Shown in pieces: positions 12,411-25,179 of a stretch of 64,000 nucleotides of DNA. How positions within the stretch are numbered: the first letter of the stretch is position 1; each line of letters begins with the position of its first letter. The notes beneath the pieces are model-generated. The model worked only from the letters and a program-made list of their open reading frames with translations, was not told the DNA's origin and searched no databases. The position numbers and the translations under genes were made by a program. This stretch comes from Octopus vulgaris (taxonomy: Eukaryota). The DNA lies in the NCBI GenBank assembly GCA_951406725.2, contig CATOCA020000001.1:5394001-5458000 (forward strand), written 5' to 3'.

Positions 12411-12570
12411 GGATAGATAGATAGACAGAAAGATGGGAAGATAGAGATAGATAGTCATAGATAGATAGATAGATTGATTGATAGATAGATAGATAAATAG
12501 ATACATAGATAGATAGATAGATGGATAGATAGAGATAGATGGACATAGATAGATAGATAGATAGATAGAT
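12277..12570. repeat. (GATA)n microsatellite; also 14073-14235, 23315-23586, 25087-25230, 35220-35517, 37020-37152
   Basis: Directly visible. Confidence 0.95.
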
Positions 12571-14072
12571 ATGTTTCTTTATTAGCCAAACAGGGCTGCA
12601 CACAGATAGAACAAATTACAAGGTAGAGCTTTTCTTTTGGGGGTAAAAAAAAGGGGGTTGGGTTTCGATCAAAAGGGATCGTAAAAGGAAAGAAAGAGGA
12701 CAAAAAAAGGGGAGGATTTTTTTAAAAAAGGGGGGAGAGGGAAAAAAATAAAAGGAAAGGGGAGAGGAAAAAAGTTGATCAATAGGGATCGTAATCACAG
12801 AAATGTCAATATGAAGTGTAAAGAAAAGCCTACGGAAAAGACCACGGTAACCTCGGTCAATGAAGTCACATGTTATATTTCTTTCTTTTATTTTTTTTTG
12901 CAAACAAGCAACTCTCTGTATTAATTTTTACGGTTCATAGAATCATAGTCAAGGTGGCTTCGTCATTCATACGTGCCATCCTTGCTACATTCACCCATCT
13001 TTTTTTAAAACATTCGCTAGACAAAATTTGCCTCTCTACTCTCACTTTCCTCTTCATGTGATACTTGAAGAAGTTGATGAGAGATTGACCAGAGAGGAAA
13101 GTGTTTGTCTCCAATCCTTTCGGGCGCGTCCACCAGATACATTCTTTCGCCATAGCCACAAGTATGATAAAAATAGCTCTTCCTTCCCGTTTGAAGGAAG
13201 GAGGCGTGACGATATTAACGATAGACTCGGCTGATAAACCGACACGTCCCACACGTGACAGCAGTCGTTCGACATAAGCCCACAGGTAGGAAATTGCTGG
13301 ACACTGAACGATTGCGTGCAGAGCGGTTTCGTCGCTCTGCCTGCATCTCGGGCAGGTCGGCCCCGTGTTTCTCGAGCCATGCCTATAGAGCTTATCCCGA
13401 ACGGGTAGCGCTTCTCGGTAGCACCGCCAGGCCAGGGATCTCTAGAAGTTGTCCATAGGTCCCGGGCCGAAAGTCGTTTGAAACAGGCGGGTCAGGTATT
13501 CCTCGTCGACGCCCAGGTTTGCCACCAGATCGTCGTCGTACCTCCCCTCCACTAATCCCCTATAGAATTCTTTGGTTGTGTTGAAGTCACTCAAGGTCGA
13601 CCTGGGACGGCAGAGTTGCTTGAGAGCAACGCGACACTCGCGGTGCCATTCGCCCTTCCTCCGCCTCTTTTTGATCCACGACTGTTGTTCGGTCATGGAG
13701 ACGAGTTGCGGGAATGCGTGCTTCACAAACGGTGACCACACCTGTTCACCGTCGTCTACATAGAGCCGGAGATGTCGCAGTCTCAGCGCGTGTCTGCGCA
13801 TCATCAACCACGGCATGCCCAGCCCTTCTTTTAACGGGTGTTGGCAGCAAATGGATCGCCTGACCATCGGGACGCATCCTTTCCACAAGAAGCGGAAGAG
13901 GATGCGTTCTAGTTTGGTGATGGTAGGGTCGGGGCAAGGTACGACGGTCAGGCGGTAGTAGATGATGGACGCGATGTAGGCGTTCGCCAACTTCGCCCGA
14001 CCTTTTAGGGACACTTTCCTCTCGGCCCATTGCTGGGCGAGAGTGACCACCCTACTCGTTATCTCGTTCCAG
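12571..14072 (-). mobile_element. 5'-truncated Tx1/L1-clade LINE (subfamily 3) embedded in (GATA)n
   Basis: ORFs 13442..14050 and 12935..13252: SLKGRAKLANAYIASIIYY, LERILFRFLWKG, EGLGMP, zf-RVT. U-rich 3' UTR ending AATAAAGAAACAT-(ATCT)n. Confidence 0.92.
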
Positions 14073-14101
14073 ATAGATAGATAGATATGTAGATATATAG
14101 G

Positions 14102-14185
<84 letters not shown>

Positions 14186-14860
14186 GATATAGATAGAGAT
14201 ATAGATAGAAGATCGATTGATTGATCGATAGATAGATCATTTTCTATTGTTGCATCCTTTAAAATTTCAGGAACACAAACCATAGAGCTTCAATTCCCGT
14301 TCGCTGTCTTCGATGAGATCCGACAATTCTAATTTATGGCGTAGAATTTAAACCATAGCTGTAAACAATTCCTTACGTTTGTCATCCATTGGGCTGCGCC
14401 TATGCTGGGGCACTGCCTTAAAGTGTTTTAGTCGCACAAATCGACCCCAGTATTTGTTGTTAAGCCTGCTGCGTATCCTCGCGATCCCTTCCGCTGATTT
14501 GCCTACAGTTACGCAACTTTATACTTTTGATTTTTTTATTATTATTTACCAGAAAAAAGAAAAACATGAAGGCAATTATCGTCAGCGGCAGGCAATTCTG
14601 AATCAGACGTAAATGCTTTGAAAATGACGTGGTAAAAATGTGAAAAGTTTCAAGTGGTTGTAAGGAATTTAACAAGATACCGATCGGCCAAATTACTGGG
14701 ACGTAAAAAACCGGAACCTGTTCCCAAGCGGTCATAGTGGATAAACTGAAACACATACACATATACATACACACGCTCACATATACATAGATATATACAT
14801 ATATGTAAAATATATATATATATATATACATAAGTGTGTGTGTGTGTGTGTGTATATATA

Positions 14861-15737
14861 TGTCAAATAGCAAGTAGCGAAAGAGGCTGTTTTGTGGACC
14901 AGGTTAAAAGGACTAAAGGCAGAGACTTTTCTCTACGGCCAATCACTCGTCAACTTTTTCAAATTTTCTTTGGAAAGGAAGATGAGGGTCCAGAGTGAAG
15001 TGCTGCCTCCCAGTACATTTGCCAAAAGGTGGATGAATAGCGAAAATGGTACGTGTGAGTGGACTTACTCTAATAACACGCCTTTGAGCTAGTGAATTTG
15101 AAAGAAAGGAGAGTGTTCTTCCCAGATGCTCTCCAAGCATCGTGTTGTTCAGGATTGGGGTGGGGGTACCTGAGCCAACTCCAGGAGATTACCTGCACCT
15201 ATTACGAACTTTCATTGTTATATTCTTTTGTCGGATATCATTGTTATTCTTTTAACTGTGTACTCGTTGTCTCAGCGTTAAATCTCCACTGTCCATGTCT
15301 ACTGTATCCTGTTTCTTTACTACCCACAAGGGGCTAAACACAGAAAAGACAAACAAGGACAGACAAACGGATTAAGCCGATTATATCGATCACAGTGCGT
15401 AACTGGTACTTCTTTAATCGACCCCGAAAGGATGAAAGGCAAAGTCGACCTCGGGGGAAATTGAAATCCTTAAACAACCCTTACTCAGGGACCTTTTGAG
15501 CAGGATCTGTTACTCGATCAGAAGAAAATTCTAACTGGGCCCCACATACAAGGTCATGTGCTTTTTATCTTGATATGAGATCATCATGTTTCGCACTTAT
15601 GGTTGTGATGCATGTGCTTGGTGTACCCTTATCAGACGGGTAGTCATGATGGGTAACTGGGCTTCGTATATTTTACCCTAGTGTCACTTTGATGGCATGC
15701 ACTGCTCTCTAAATTAATAATAATAATAATAATAATA

Positions 15738-15812
<75 letters not shown>

Positions 15813-15826
15813 GTTATTGAAAAATA
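14861..15826 (-). repeat. Inverted templated insertion (Tx1 subfamily 2 end + Meta SINE + 17.4 kb element + AAT tract)
   Basis: 14861-15462 is the reverse complement of the block seen at about 18107-18700. 15465-15706 is the reverse complement of 17387-17630. Flanked by a direct duplication (14594-14860 = 15827-16100). Confidence 0.9.
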
Positions 15827-16040
15827 ATTCTGAATCAGACGTAAATGCTTTGAAAATGACGTGGTAAAAATGTGAAAAGTTTCAAGTGGTTGCAAGGAAT
15901 TTAACAAGATACCGATCGGCCAAAGTACTGGGACGTAAAAAACCGGAACCTGTTCCCAAGCGGTCATAGTGGATAAACTGAAACACATACACATATACAT
16001 ACACACGCTCACATATACATAGATATATACATATATGTAA

Positions 16041-16072
<32 letters not shown>

Positions 16073-16520
16073 AGTGTGTGTGTGTGTGTGTGTATATATA
16101 ACAAAGTAAGTTTGGGGCTACTAATAAATATATATAATTGAAATATAGGATAGTATTTTTACGAGGATTTATCAAGTAGTTATCGTGAAAAACCTCAGAA
16201 AGGATAACTTATTAATTATTTCCTATGAATATATTTATATATATTAAGGGCATTACTTATACATAAATGCCTCACGCTAGGAGGGTCTCTTGAAGTCAAA
16301 ACTACTATAATGCCCACATTGTACAAAACGCGAGGGAATGCAACTCTCAAAGCGAGCCTCCAGAAACAGATGTAGCTGAACATCATATGATTCCGTAATT
16401 AGTGCACAAAATGCACTTTTCACTCATCAGCGCAGCGTTTGTCAAGACATAAAAATTAACAAAAATCAACGTACCAGACGAACACTTGTATCCTGGCGTT
16501 TGATACAATGTGGTTATTAT

Positions 16521-16823
16521 ATTCAGGCAGTCATAGATGACGGAAGCGATGTACGCATTCGCCACCTCGACTCGACCCTTCACGAACAGCTTCCTCTCTC
16601 TCAATTTCTGGGTGAGATCGACTATCCTGTTCGTCACCTCCCACCCGTTGTTGTCCAACCTCGGGGTCTACAGCAGACCAGACCCCAAACAGTTTAACCT
16701 GTCTTTCACTTTAGCGCCCTACAAACTGTCGGTTGGTATGGGTCTACCTCTCCATCTGCCGAGTTGCAGGCCCACCGACTTCTCTTGGATAAGCTTTGCT
16801 CCTATCAACGCTTCGTGGACAGT
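16521..16823 (-). mobile_element. Tx1 subfamily 1 fragment truncated at the duplication junction; also 26266-26570
   Basis: Paralog of 6040-6345. Confidence 0.85.
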
Positions 16824-16873
16824 ATTATGATGACGTGGTCCGTGTTAGCGGATACGAACATTCCACATCCTAA

Positions 16874-16921
<48 letters not shown>

Positions 16922-17292
16922 CTGTATTTCTAATTATATAATTTCGATTTGAAAATTTCAGTCAGCAGTTTATGATGACTGGCGGTGGAAGTGGAAGAGT
17001 TAAAATGAGAGAGGGGTAGAGGGAGTGATAGAAGAGAGAGAGGGGAAAGAAGAGGAGGAGATTTGATGTGTACGATTGTTCGTGTGTGTGTGTGTGTTTG
17101 TGTCTCTATGTGTGATGTAATATATACATAACCTTGCCGAAGCTTTTCTTTAATATGAAACTGGAGGGAATATCACATTAACGATTGCATTAAATGATAT
17201 AATTTTACTGTGAAGAAGTGAGTGAAATATTTAGCCGGAAGAACTTTCCAATAACAATAATAATTATAATAATAATAATAAAAATAATAATA

Positions 17293-17386
<94 letters not shown>

Positions 17387-17387
<1 letters not shown>

Positions 17388-17894
17388 GAGCAGTGCATGC
17401 CATCAAAGTGACACTAGGGTAAAATATACGAAGCCCAGTATACCCATCATGACTACCCGTCTGATAAGGGTACACCATACACATGCATCACAACCATAAG
17501 TGCGAAACATGATGATCTCATATCAAGATAAAAAGCACATGACCTTCTATGTGTGGCCCAGTTAGAATTTTCTTCTGGTCGAGTAACCCATCCTGCTCAA
17601 AAGGTCCCTGAGTAAGAGTTGTTTACGGATTTTGAACGAAACACCCATGTTTCCAGAGGTGAATTATTCAAACCCCAAAGAATCCCTCTTAACACATTGC
17701 TATGATACTCCCCCACTACTTCTGCTTGCGATCAGAGATGCACATATCTTCAGCCACTAAGGGACATGCTCAACTGGCTAACGTCGAGCAACTGACAAGC
17801 AAATCTGTGGTATTGAGCAGAATATTTGCTGGAGCCCATCCCCTATACCAAGACAATGGGCTACATCTTCGTTCAACATCCTTCAACAACCCTT
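17387..17894. mobile_element. Unclassified interspersed element inserted in (ATT)n
   Basis: Flanked by (ATT)n on both sides. Absent from the paralogous tracts at 7.2 and 27.1 kb. A partial inverted copy lies at 15465-15706. Confidence 0.7.
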
Positions 17895-17909
17895 ACTATT
17901 ATTATAATA

Positions 17910-17981
<72 letters not shown>

Positions 17982-18257
17982 TGCCAATAGGGCCGGCATA
18001 TCGGAGAAGATACAGTAGAAAAGGCGGTGAGAGCTGGCAGAATCTTTATTACGTCGGGCGAAATGCTAAGCGGTATTTCTTCTGCCGTTATCTTCTGAGT
18101 TCAAATTTCTCCGAGGTCGACTTTGCCTTTCATCCTTTCGGGGTCGATTAAAGAAGTACCAGTTACGCACTGTGATCGATATAATCGACTTAATCCGTTT
18201 GTCTGTCCTTGTTTGTCCTCTCTGTGTTTAGCCCCTTGTCGGTAGTAAAGAAACAGG

Positions 18258-19335
18258 ACACAGTAGACATGAACACTGGAGATTTAACGCTGAGACAACG
18301 AGTACACAGTTAAAAGAATAACAATGATATCCGACAAAAGAATATAACAATGAAAGTTCGTAATAGGTGCAGGTAATCCCCTGGAGTTGGCGCAGGTACC
18401 CACACCCCAATCCTGAACCACTCGACGCTTCGAGGGCAGCTGGTAAGAGCACTCTCCTCCCTCTCAAATTCACTAGCCCAAAGGCGTGTTATTAGAATAG
18501 GTCAAATCACACGTACCATTTTCTCTGTTCATCCACCTTTTTGGCAAACGTACTGGGAGGCAGCACTTCACTCTGCACCCTCATCTTCCTTTCCAAAGGA
18601 AATTTGAAAAAGTTGACGAGTGATTGGCCGTAGAGAAAATTCTCTGTCTTTAGTCCGTTTAACCTGGTCCACAATACAGCCTCTTTCGCTAATGCTATTT
18701 GACAGAAGTAAATTGCCTGACCTTCCGGACTAATGAAAAGCGGCTGAGCGATCTTCACTACGGACTCGGCCGATAGATAGAAACTACCTACACTTAATAA
18801 CAGCTTTTCAACATAACTCCACAAGTCAGTAATGCAAGGACACTGGACGAGTGCGTGCAGAACGCTTTCATCGCTCTGCGCATATCTCGGGTAGGTCGGT
18901 CAGGCAGCAATTCCGTGCTTGTAGAGTTTATCTCGATCCGGCAGTGCCCCCCGATAGCACTGCAAAGCAAGGGACTTCTAGAAGTTATCCATTATCCCCG
19001 TCTTGAAAGTCCTCCTCAACAGACTGGTTAGTTCATTTTTGCCAACGCCTAGCGTCTCTCCAAGTGCTTCATCGCACTTTCCCTCCACTAACCCTCCATA
19101 GAACTTCAGAGTGGATTTTCCACTGATCGCATTGCCCACCTGGTAGAGGACCGTGAGTGCCTAGCAACATTCCAGATGCCAGTAACTCTTCCTCGGTCTC
19201 TTCTTGACCCAGGACTGCAGCTTACTCAAGGAGATGAGTTGTGGAAAAGCCTGTTTGACAAACGATGACCACACCTGTTCACCATTTACGCAGAATGTTT
19301 GGAGATGTCGCAGCCCCAGTGCATGTCTTCCACAG
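18258..19335 (-). mobile_element. Tx1 subfamily 2 fragment, duplicate
   Basis: Paralog of 7524-8525 (ORF 18507..18824). Confidence 0.85.
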
Positions 19336-20594
19336 CATGCCCAGTGTTCCGGAAATCGGAAAGCGAAAGCACAAAAACGAAAATGGGAAAAGGGAAAAGT
19401 AAAAACAGCATTTAAGAGTTCTCCTCGTTAGACCTTCAATTATAAGGCTAAAAAGATATCAAAAATCTAATCAAGAATAGACGGAATTTTTCAGTTCTTC
19501 AAAATATATTTATACTTGACAACGACTGAAAATTCCAGACCTAGAGTCCAATAGAGGATTAAGCATCTTAGATCTGAACAGGATATGCACTCTTTCAGCT
19601 AAACAATGTTTATATTTATTCGATCCATTCACATAAGTTATGAATTCTCAATTACTTCCCATCCAGTCACAAGTGGTGTTTCGTTTTCTTCCAAACTTAG
19701 CCAGTTTCGTAGCTTTACTTTTGGCCTATGTCGGAAGGGGATTATGGGATTGGCATAACGACTTTGAAATTCACCTTAAATAAGCAAAAGAATAAGAGAA
19801 TAAAAGATTATGTGTGTGTGTGTGTACATGCATACAAAAATACACCCACATACGCACGGATATGTACATAAGCGCGCACACACACACTCATAGGCGTATG
19901 GATTATTGTTTCGGTAAGTTGTGTCCACGAGAAAGACACTTCCAGTGCTCTCATCTGGAAAGTACCAGCATTAACCAGGGGTTAACATTGCGACAGACTG
20001 GTATCCGGTGTGTTGTATCCTTGTGTGTTGAAATACGTTCGATACCGGGATATACTGGGGTCCTAATGAGCCTGTAGATCAGGCAGAGAATTTAGCTTAG
20101 AAAATGCTTTAATGTAGACATTTAGGCATGCGCAGTCAAGTGTTTGTGTAACGTTTATGGAGGAAAAGTCGATATGAATATGACAAAAAAAGAAACACCG
20201 TATTTTCCGGTGTATAAGCCGCTATTTTTTACCTGGGAAATTTAGTGTGCCGCTTAGAGAATGGTGCGCCTAATGTGTGTAACTTTTTTTATAGTTCCAG
20301 GAGGAAAATAATTTGTGTATGGAGATCGAATGATTCCACTGATTTTTTTGGAGGAAAGGTCGGTCGATGAAAGACTATTGCTACAGGACATTTGTGCCTG
20401 GAAGAAAACAAAGCACATTTGTTTTGTTTTAACTTCAAGTTTTGATAATGTTTTTTTTTATCCAATAAAGAATTTAATTTTGACGGAATGTGTTTGTTGC
20501 TGATTATAGTAAGATAAAATTTTTAAAAAAATCAACAATACATCTCAAAGTTGAAGAATAAAACATTTTGAAAATACATACACATCAACAACAA

Positions 20595-21325
20595 CAAAGC
20601 TAGCAGCGGTCACGTGGTTCCATAAGTCTTTATAAAACACCGGTGGGCTTTATGTGTGGATAAAAACCAAAATTTTCCCCAAAATCCCAAGCTAAACTTC
20701 ACAATACAATAATACAAACATTAATAAGCCACCTCAATTGTATAATTCTAATCTTAAGCCAACATTCTACAACCCTGTCTACGAGACGACAAATATTAGT
20801 TCCAATACAACCTCTCAATCCGATACTAATATAAATCCTAATTTAGATTCTCCCCACTAACAACAAACCAACCAACATCAACATTACTAATAGTAAACCC
20901 CAACCACTTGCAACTGTCGCGCTTCTGAAATATATGGTATGCAGACACCTGTCTCCTCAAAAGCGTAATCTATAAGTGCCACGTGATTACCCCATGCACC
21001 CACCAGGCAAGGGTGTATATTAATGGCACCGAGGATTTTCAATGTCGTTGTCGTGCTCATATGTATTCTTTCACTAATCCCGAATCTAAACTATTTCAAT
21101 CTTTAGCAACACACATATACAACCTCAATTCAAAACAATGTCCAACACGCTCTATCGTGGTCCATAGTATGTGAAGCTCCCCTCTACAACACAAATATAG
21201 GTAAATGTATGTTATGTATAAAAGGGTCATTAACTATTCTTCGCCTCCACAACTCCTCACTGTTAAATTCTCTGACGTTATTTTTTATCGTAAGCATAAA
21301 TACTGCCCGACATTCATGCACTTCC
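20595..21325 (+). pseudogene. PLE GIY-YIG remnant, duplicate copy 3
   Basis: ORF 20983..21174 gives the same peptide as 720..911. Confidence 0.78.
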
Positions 21326-21424
21326 CTAATTCCAAATAAATAAAGCTGTAAAGTAAAAAAAGTGTCAACCTGACAATCGACAAGTGAACACATTCCAAAT
21401 AGCAAATATGTGTGTGTGTGTGTC

Positions 21425-21480
<56 letters not shown>

Positions 21481-23183
21481 TATATATATATATATATATA
21501 TATGAGCATATGCAATACATATGAAATATCCAAAATTGCATTTACAAATACATAATATATACATACAAGCTCTTACATACATACATGCAAACACACACAC
21601 ATATACGCACAATATATATACATATAAACTCCTACATTAATACACAGTATTAAAAACATTAAGTAGTCAGCATATATATATAGATACCTACAGAAATATA
21701 AATATATATAACACGCATCCCAAATTTATTCCAAGTATTATGATCAATCGATTTTTCCTCGCCATCTCAGCCTCCTAAATCTCACCAACACACAAAACAA
21801 ATTTCTTTAAATTTTTGCAATTCAACTTCCTCTACTCTCATTTGACCCTTCTCGGCTTCAAACAATAATTAACAAAAGTCAAATACTAAGAAAAATACCG
21901 ACCCGATTTTTTATACTACTAACATTCTTAACCACTCCCTCGTACCTGAAAAGTGTCCTTAAAAATACCCCACGTAATTTGAGATGGAATTGCTGTTTCA
22001 TTATTGTACAAGCTAGAAGGGGATACACCTTCAACATTCGGATGAATTACTTATTTATTCACATCGTTTACAATTAAACATACGTTATCTTCTAGCTTTG
22101 AGATTTTGATTATGTGATTGCTTACTTTTAGAATAACTTTGCATGGTGGTTGTGAAAGGGCTAATGTGTTCAGTTTCCACAGAAAACAGGAAGAATATTT
22201 GGGCCCGACGGGTTAACTGAAAATTACTGAAGTAAAAATAAAAGCATAAAAAAACATTTTAGGTAATTTGGGGACCCAAATTTATGAAGTCTTAAGGGTG
22301 GAGAACCTTTTTATCCCATCCTTAATGCTGTTGAGGAGACTGGACAATGGCCAATAGAAGGCCGATAGAATATAATGAAAATCGTAACTTACCAATAAAG
22401 TGCTGTTAGTTTCTGTTCGTAAGAGGTAGTGAATGTTTATATATATATTTGCGCGTATATATATATATATATTGCGTCATTTGTTTATTTACCAAACATT
22501 TTTTCATTGAAGTAGCAGAACACAACGCAGACAATTATGCGTATATATATATATATGAATGTGTGTGTGTGTATGTGTGAGTATGTGTGTGTTTGCGGGT
22601 GTGTATATATGTGTATCATAGCAGATTATTGTGCCCGGTGTAATGTTGCATCCTGTTTATTCAAATTTGAAGCAATGGTATGCAGCCGTATTTTACATTC
22701 CACCGGTATCAGTATCTGAGTCTAAAGTTATAATTACTGCATAGTGGTGGTACAGTTTTCAACCAGCAGGATGTAACCTGATGCTAATGCTTATTATATA
22801 CATGCAGCAGAAAGGCGTGTCGTTCACAGGTTTAAAATAACTAAATTGCATTGTATATAAAATATATTAAAAAGTAAGTTACTTCATGTGTAACATTTAA
22901 TTCTTATTTTAATGTCTTTTACACAGGATAAAACCCGAAATAGTGAACTCGGAATTTTGGAACTAAGTGAAAGACAATGATTGTTTACCATAAAGATTTT
23001 CCCGTTTTGCCGGACCATTCGATGTGGTTTACCAGAGCCTGGATTGTAGTACAATGCTTGTAAGTTGCGTCCCATGATTTGATTTTCCTCTCCCTTTATA
23101 TTATGTATATGTGTGTGTGAAAAAGTGTGTCTGCGTGCGTGTTTGTGTGTGTGAAAATAAGTAAATGTAAATGAATGTATATT

Positions 23184-23214
<31 letters not shown>

Positions 23215-23315
23215 GTATATCGATATATGGAGAGACGTAATAGATAGAGAGATAGAAAGATAAAGATACAGACAATGATTGATAGAGAGATAGCTAGACA
23301 GACACATGATAGTTT

Positions 23316-23402
<87 letters not shown>

Positions 23403-23586
23403 GGAAAGATAGAGATAGATAGTCATAGATAGACAATGATAGATAGATAGATAGATATATAGATAGATAGAGATATATAGACATAGATAGAAAGATAGAT
23501 AGATTGATAGATAGATAGATAAATAGATACATAGATAGATAGATGGATAGATAGAGATAGATGGATAGATAGATAGATAGATAGAT

Positions 23587-25086
23587 ATGTTTCTTTATTA
23601 GCCACACAGGGTTGCACACAGAGAGAACAAATTACAAGGTAGAGCTTTTCTTTTTGGGGGAAAAAAGGGGGTTGGGTTTCGATCAAAAGGGATCGTAAAA
23701 GGAAAGAAAGAGGACAAAAAACGGGAGGATTTTTTTAAAAAAGGGGGGAGAAGGAAAGAAATAAAAGGAAAGGGGAGAGGAAAAAAAGTTGATCAATAGG
23801 GATCGTAATCACAGAAATGTCAATATGAAGTGTAAAGAAAAGCCTACGGAAAAGACCACGGTAACCTCGGTCAATGAAGTCACATATTATATTTCTTTCT
23901 TTTATTTTTTTTTTGCAAATAAGCAACTCTCTGTATTAATTTTTACGGTTCATAGAATCATAGTCAAGGTGGCTTCGTCATTCATACGTGCCATCCTTGC
24001 TACATTCAGCCATCTTTTTTTAAAACATTCGCTAGACAAAATTTGCCTCTCTACTCTCACTTTCCTCTTCATGTGATACTTGAAGAAGTTGATGAGAGAT
24101 TGACCAGAGAGGAAAGTGTTTGTCTCCATTCCTTTCGGCGCGTCCACCAGATACATTCTTTCGCCATAGCCACAAGTATGATAAAAATAGCTCTTCCTTC
24201 CCGTTTGAAGGAAGGAGGCGTGACGATATTAACGATATACTCGGCTGATAAACCGACACGTCCCACACGTGACAGCAGTCGTTCGACATAAGCCCACAGG
24301 TCGGAAATTGCTGGACACTGCACGATTGCGTGCAGAGCGGTTTCGTCGCTCTGCCCGCATCTCGGGCAGGTCGGCCCCGTGTTTCTCGAGCCATGTCTAT
24401 AGAGCTTATCCCGAACGGGTAGCGCTTCTCGGTAGCACCGCCAGGCCAGGGATCTCTGGAAGTTGTCTATAGGTCCCGGGCCGAAAGTCGTTTGAAACAG
24501 GCGGGTCAGGTATTCCTCGACGACGCCCAGGTTTGCCAAGAGATCGTCGTCGTACCTCCCCTCCACTAATCCCCTATAGAATTCTTTGGTTGTGTTGAAG
24601 TCACTCAAGGTCGACCTGGGACGGCAGAGTTGCTTGAGAGCAACGCGACATTCGCGGTGCCATTCGCCCTTCCTCGGCCTCTTTTTGATCCACGACTGTT
24701 GTTCGGTCATGGAGACGAGTTGCGGGAATGCATGCCTCACAAACGGCGACCACACCTGTTCACCATCGTGAACATAGAGCCGGAGATGTCGCAGTCTCAG
24801 CGCGTGTCTGCGCATCATCAACCACGGCATGCCCAGCCCTTCTTTTAACGGGTGTTGGCAGCAAATGGATCGCCTGACCATCGGGACGCATCCTTTCCAC
24901 AAGAAGCGGAAGAGGATGCGTTCTAGTTTGGTGATGGTAGGGTCGGGACAACGTACGACGGTCAGGCGGTAGTAGATGGTGGACGCGATGTAGGCTTTCG
25001 CCACCTCCACCCGACCTTTTAGGGACACTTTCCTCTCGGCCTATTGCTGGGCGAGAGTGACCACCCTACTCGTTAACTCCTTCCAG
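23587..25086 (-). mobile_element. Tx1 subfamily 3, duplicate with longest open frame (319 aa)
   Basis: ORF 24069..25028 includes CPRCGQSDETALHAIVQC (zf-RVT type CX2CX8HX4C). Lacks the internal TAG found in the other two copies but is frameshifted near the C-terminus. Confidence 0.92.
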
Positions 25087-25115
25087 ATAGATAGATAGAT
25101 ATGTAGATATATAGG

Positions 25116-25179
<64 letters not shown>

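Noticed and set aside
16383-16658. 91-aa ORF conserved in two copies (also 26128..26403)
   Set aside because: Chance fusion across the duplication junction (Tx1 fragment plus fold-back arm) with a non-ATG start. Its conservation reflects recent duplication.
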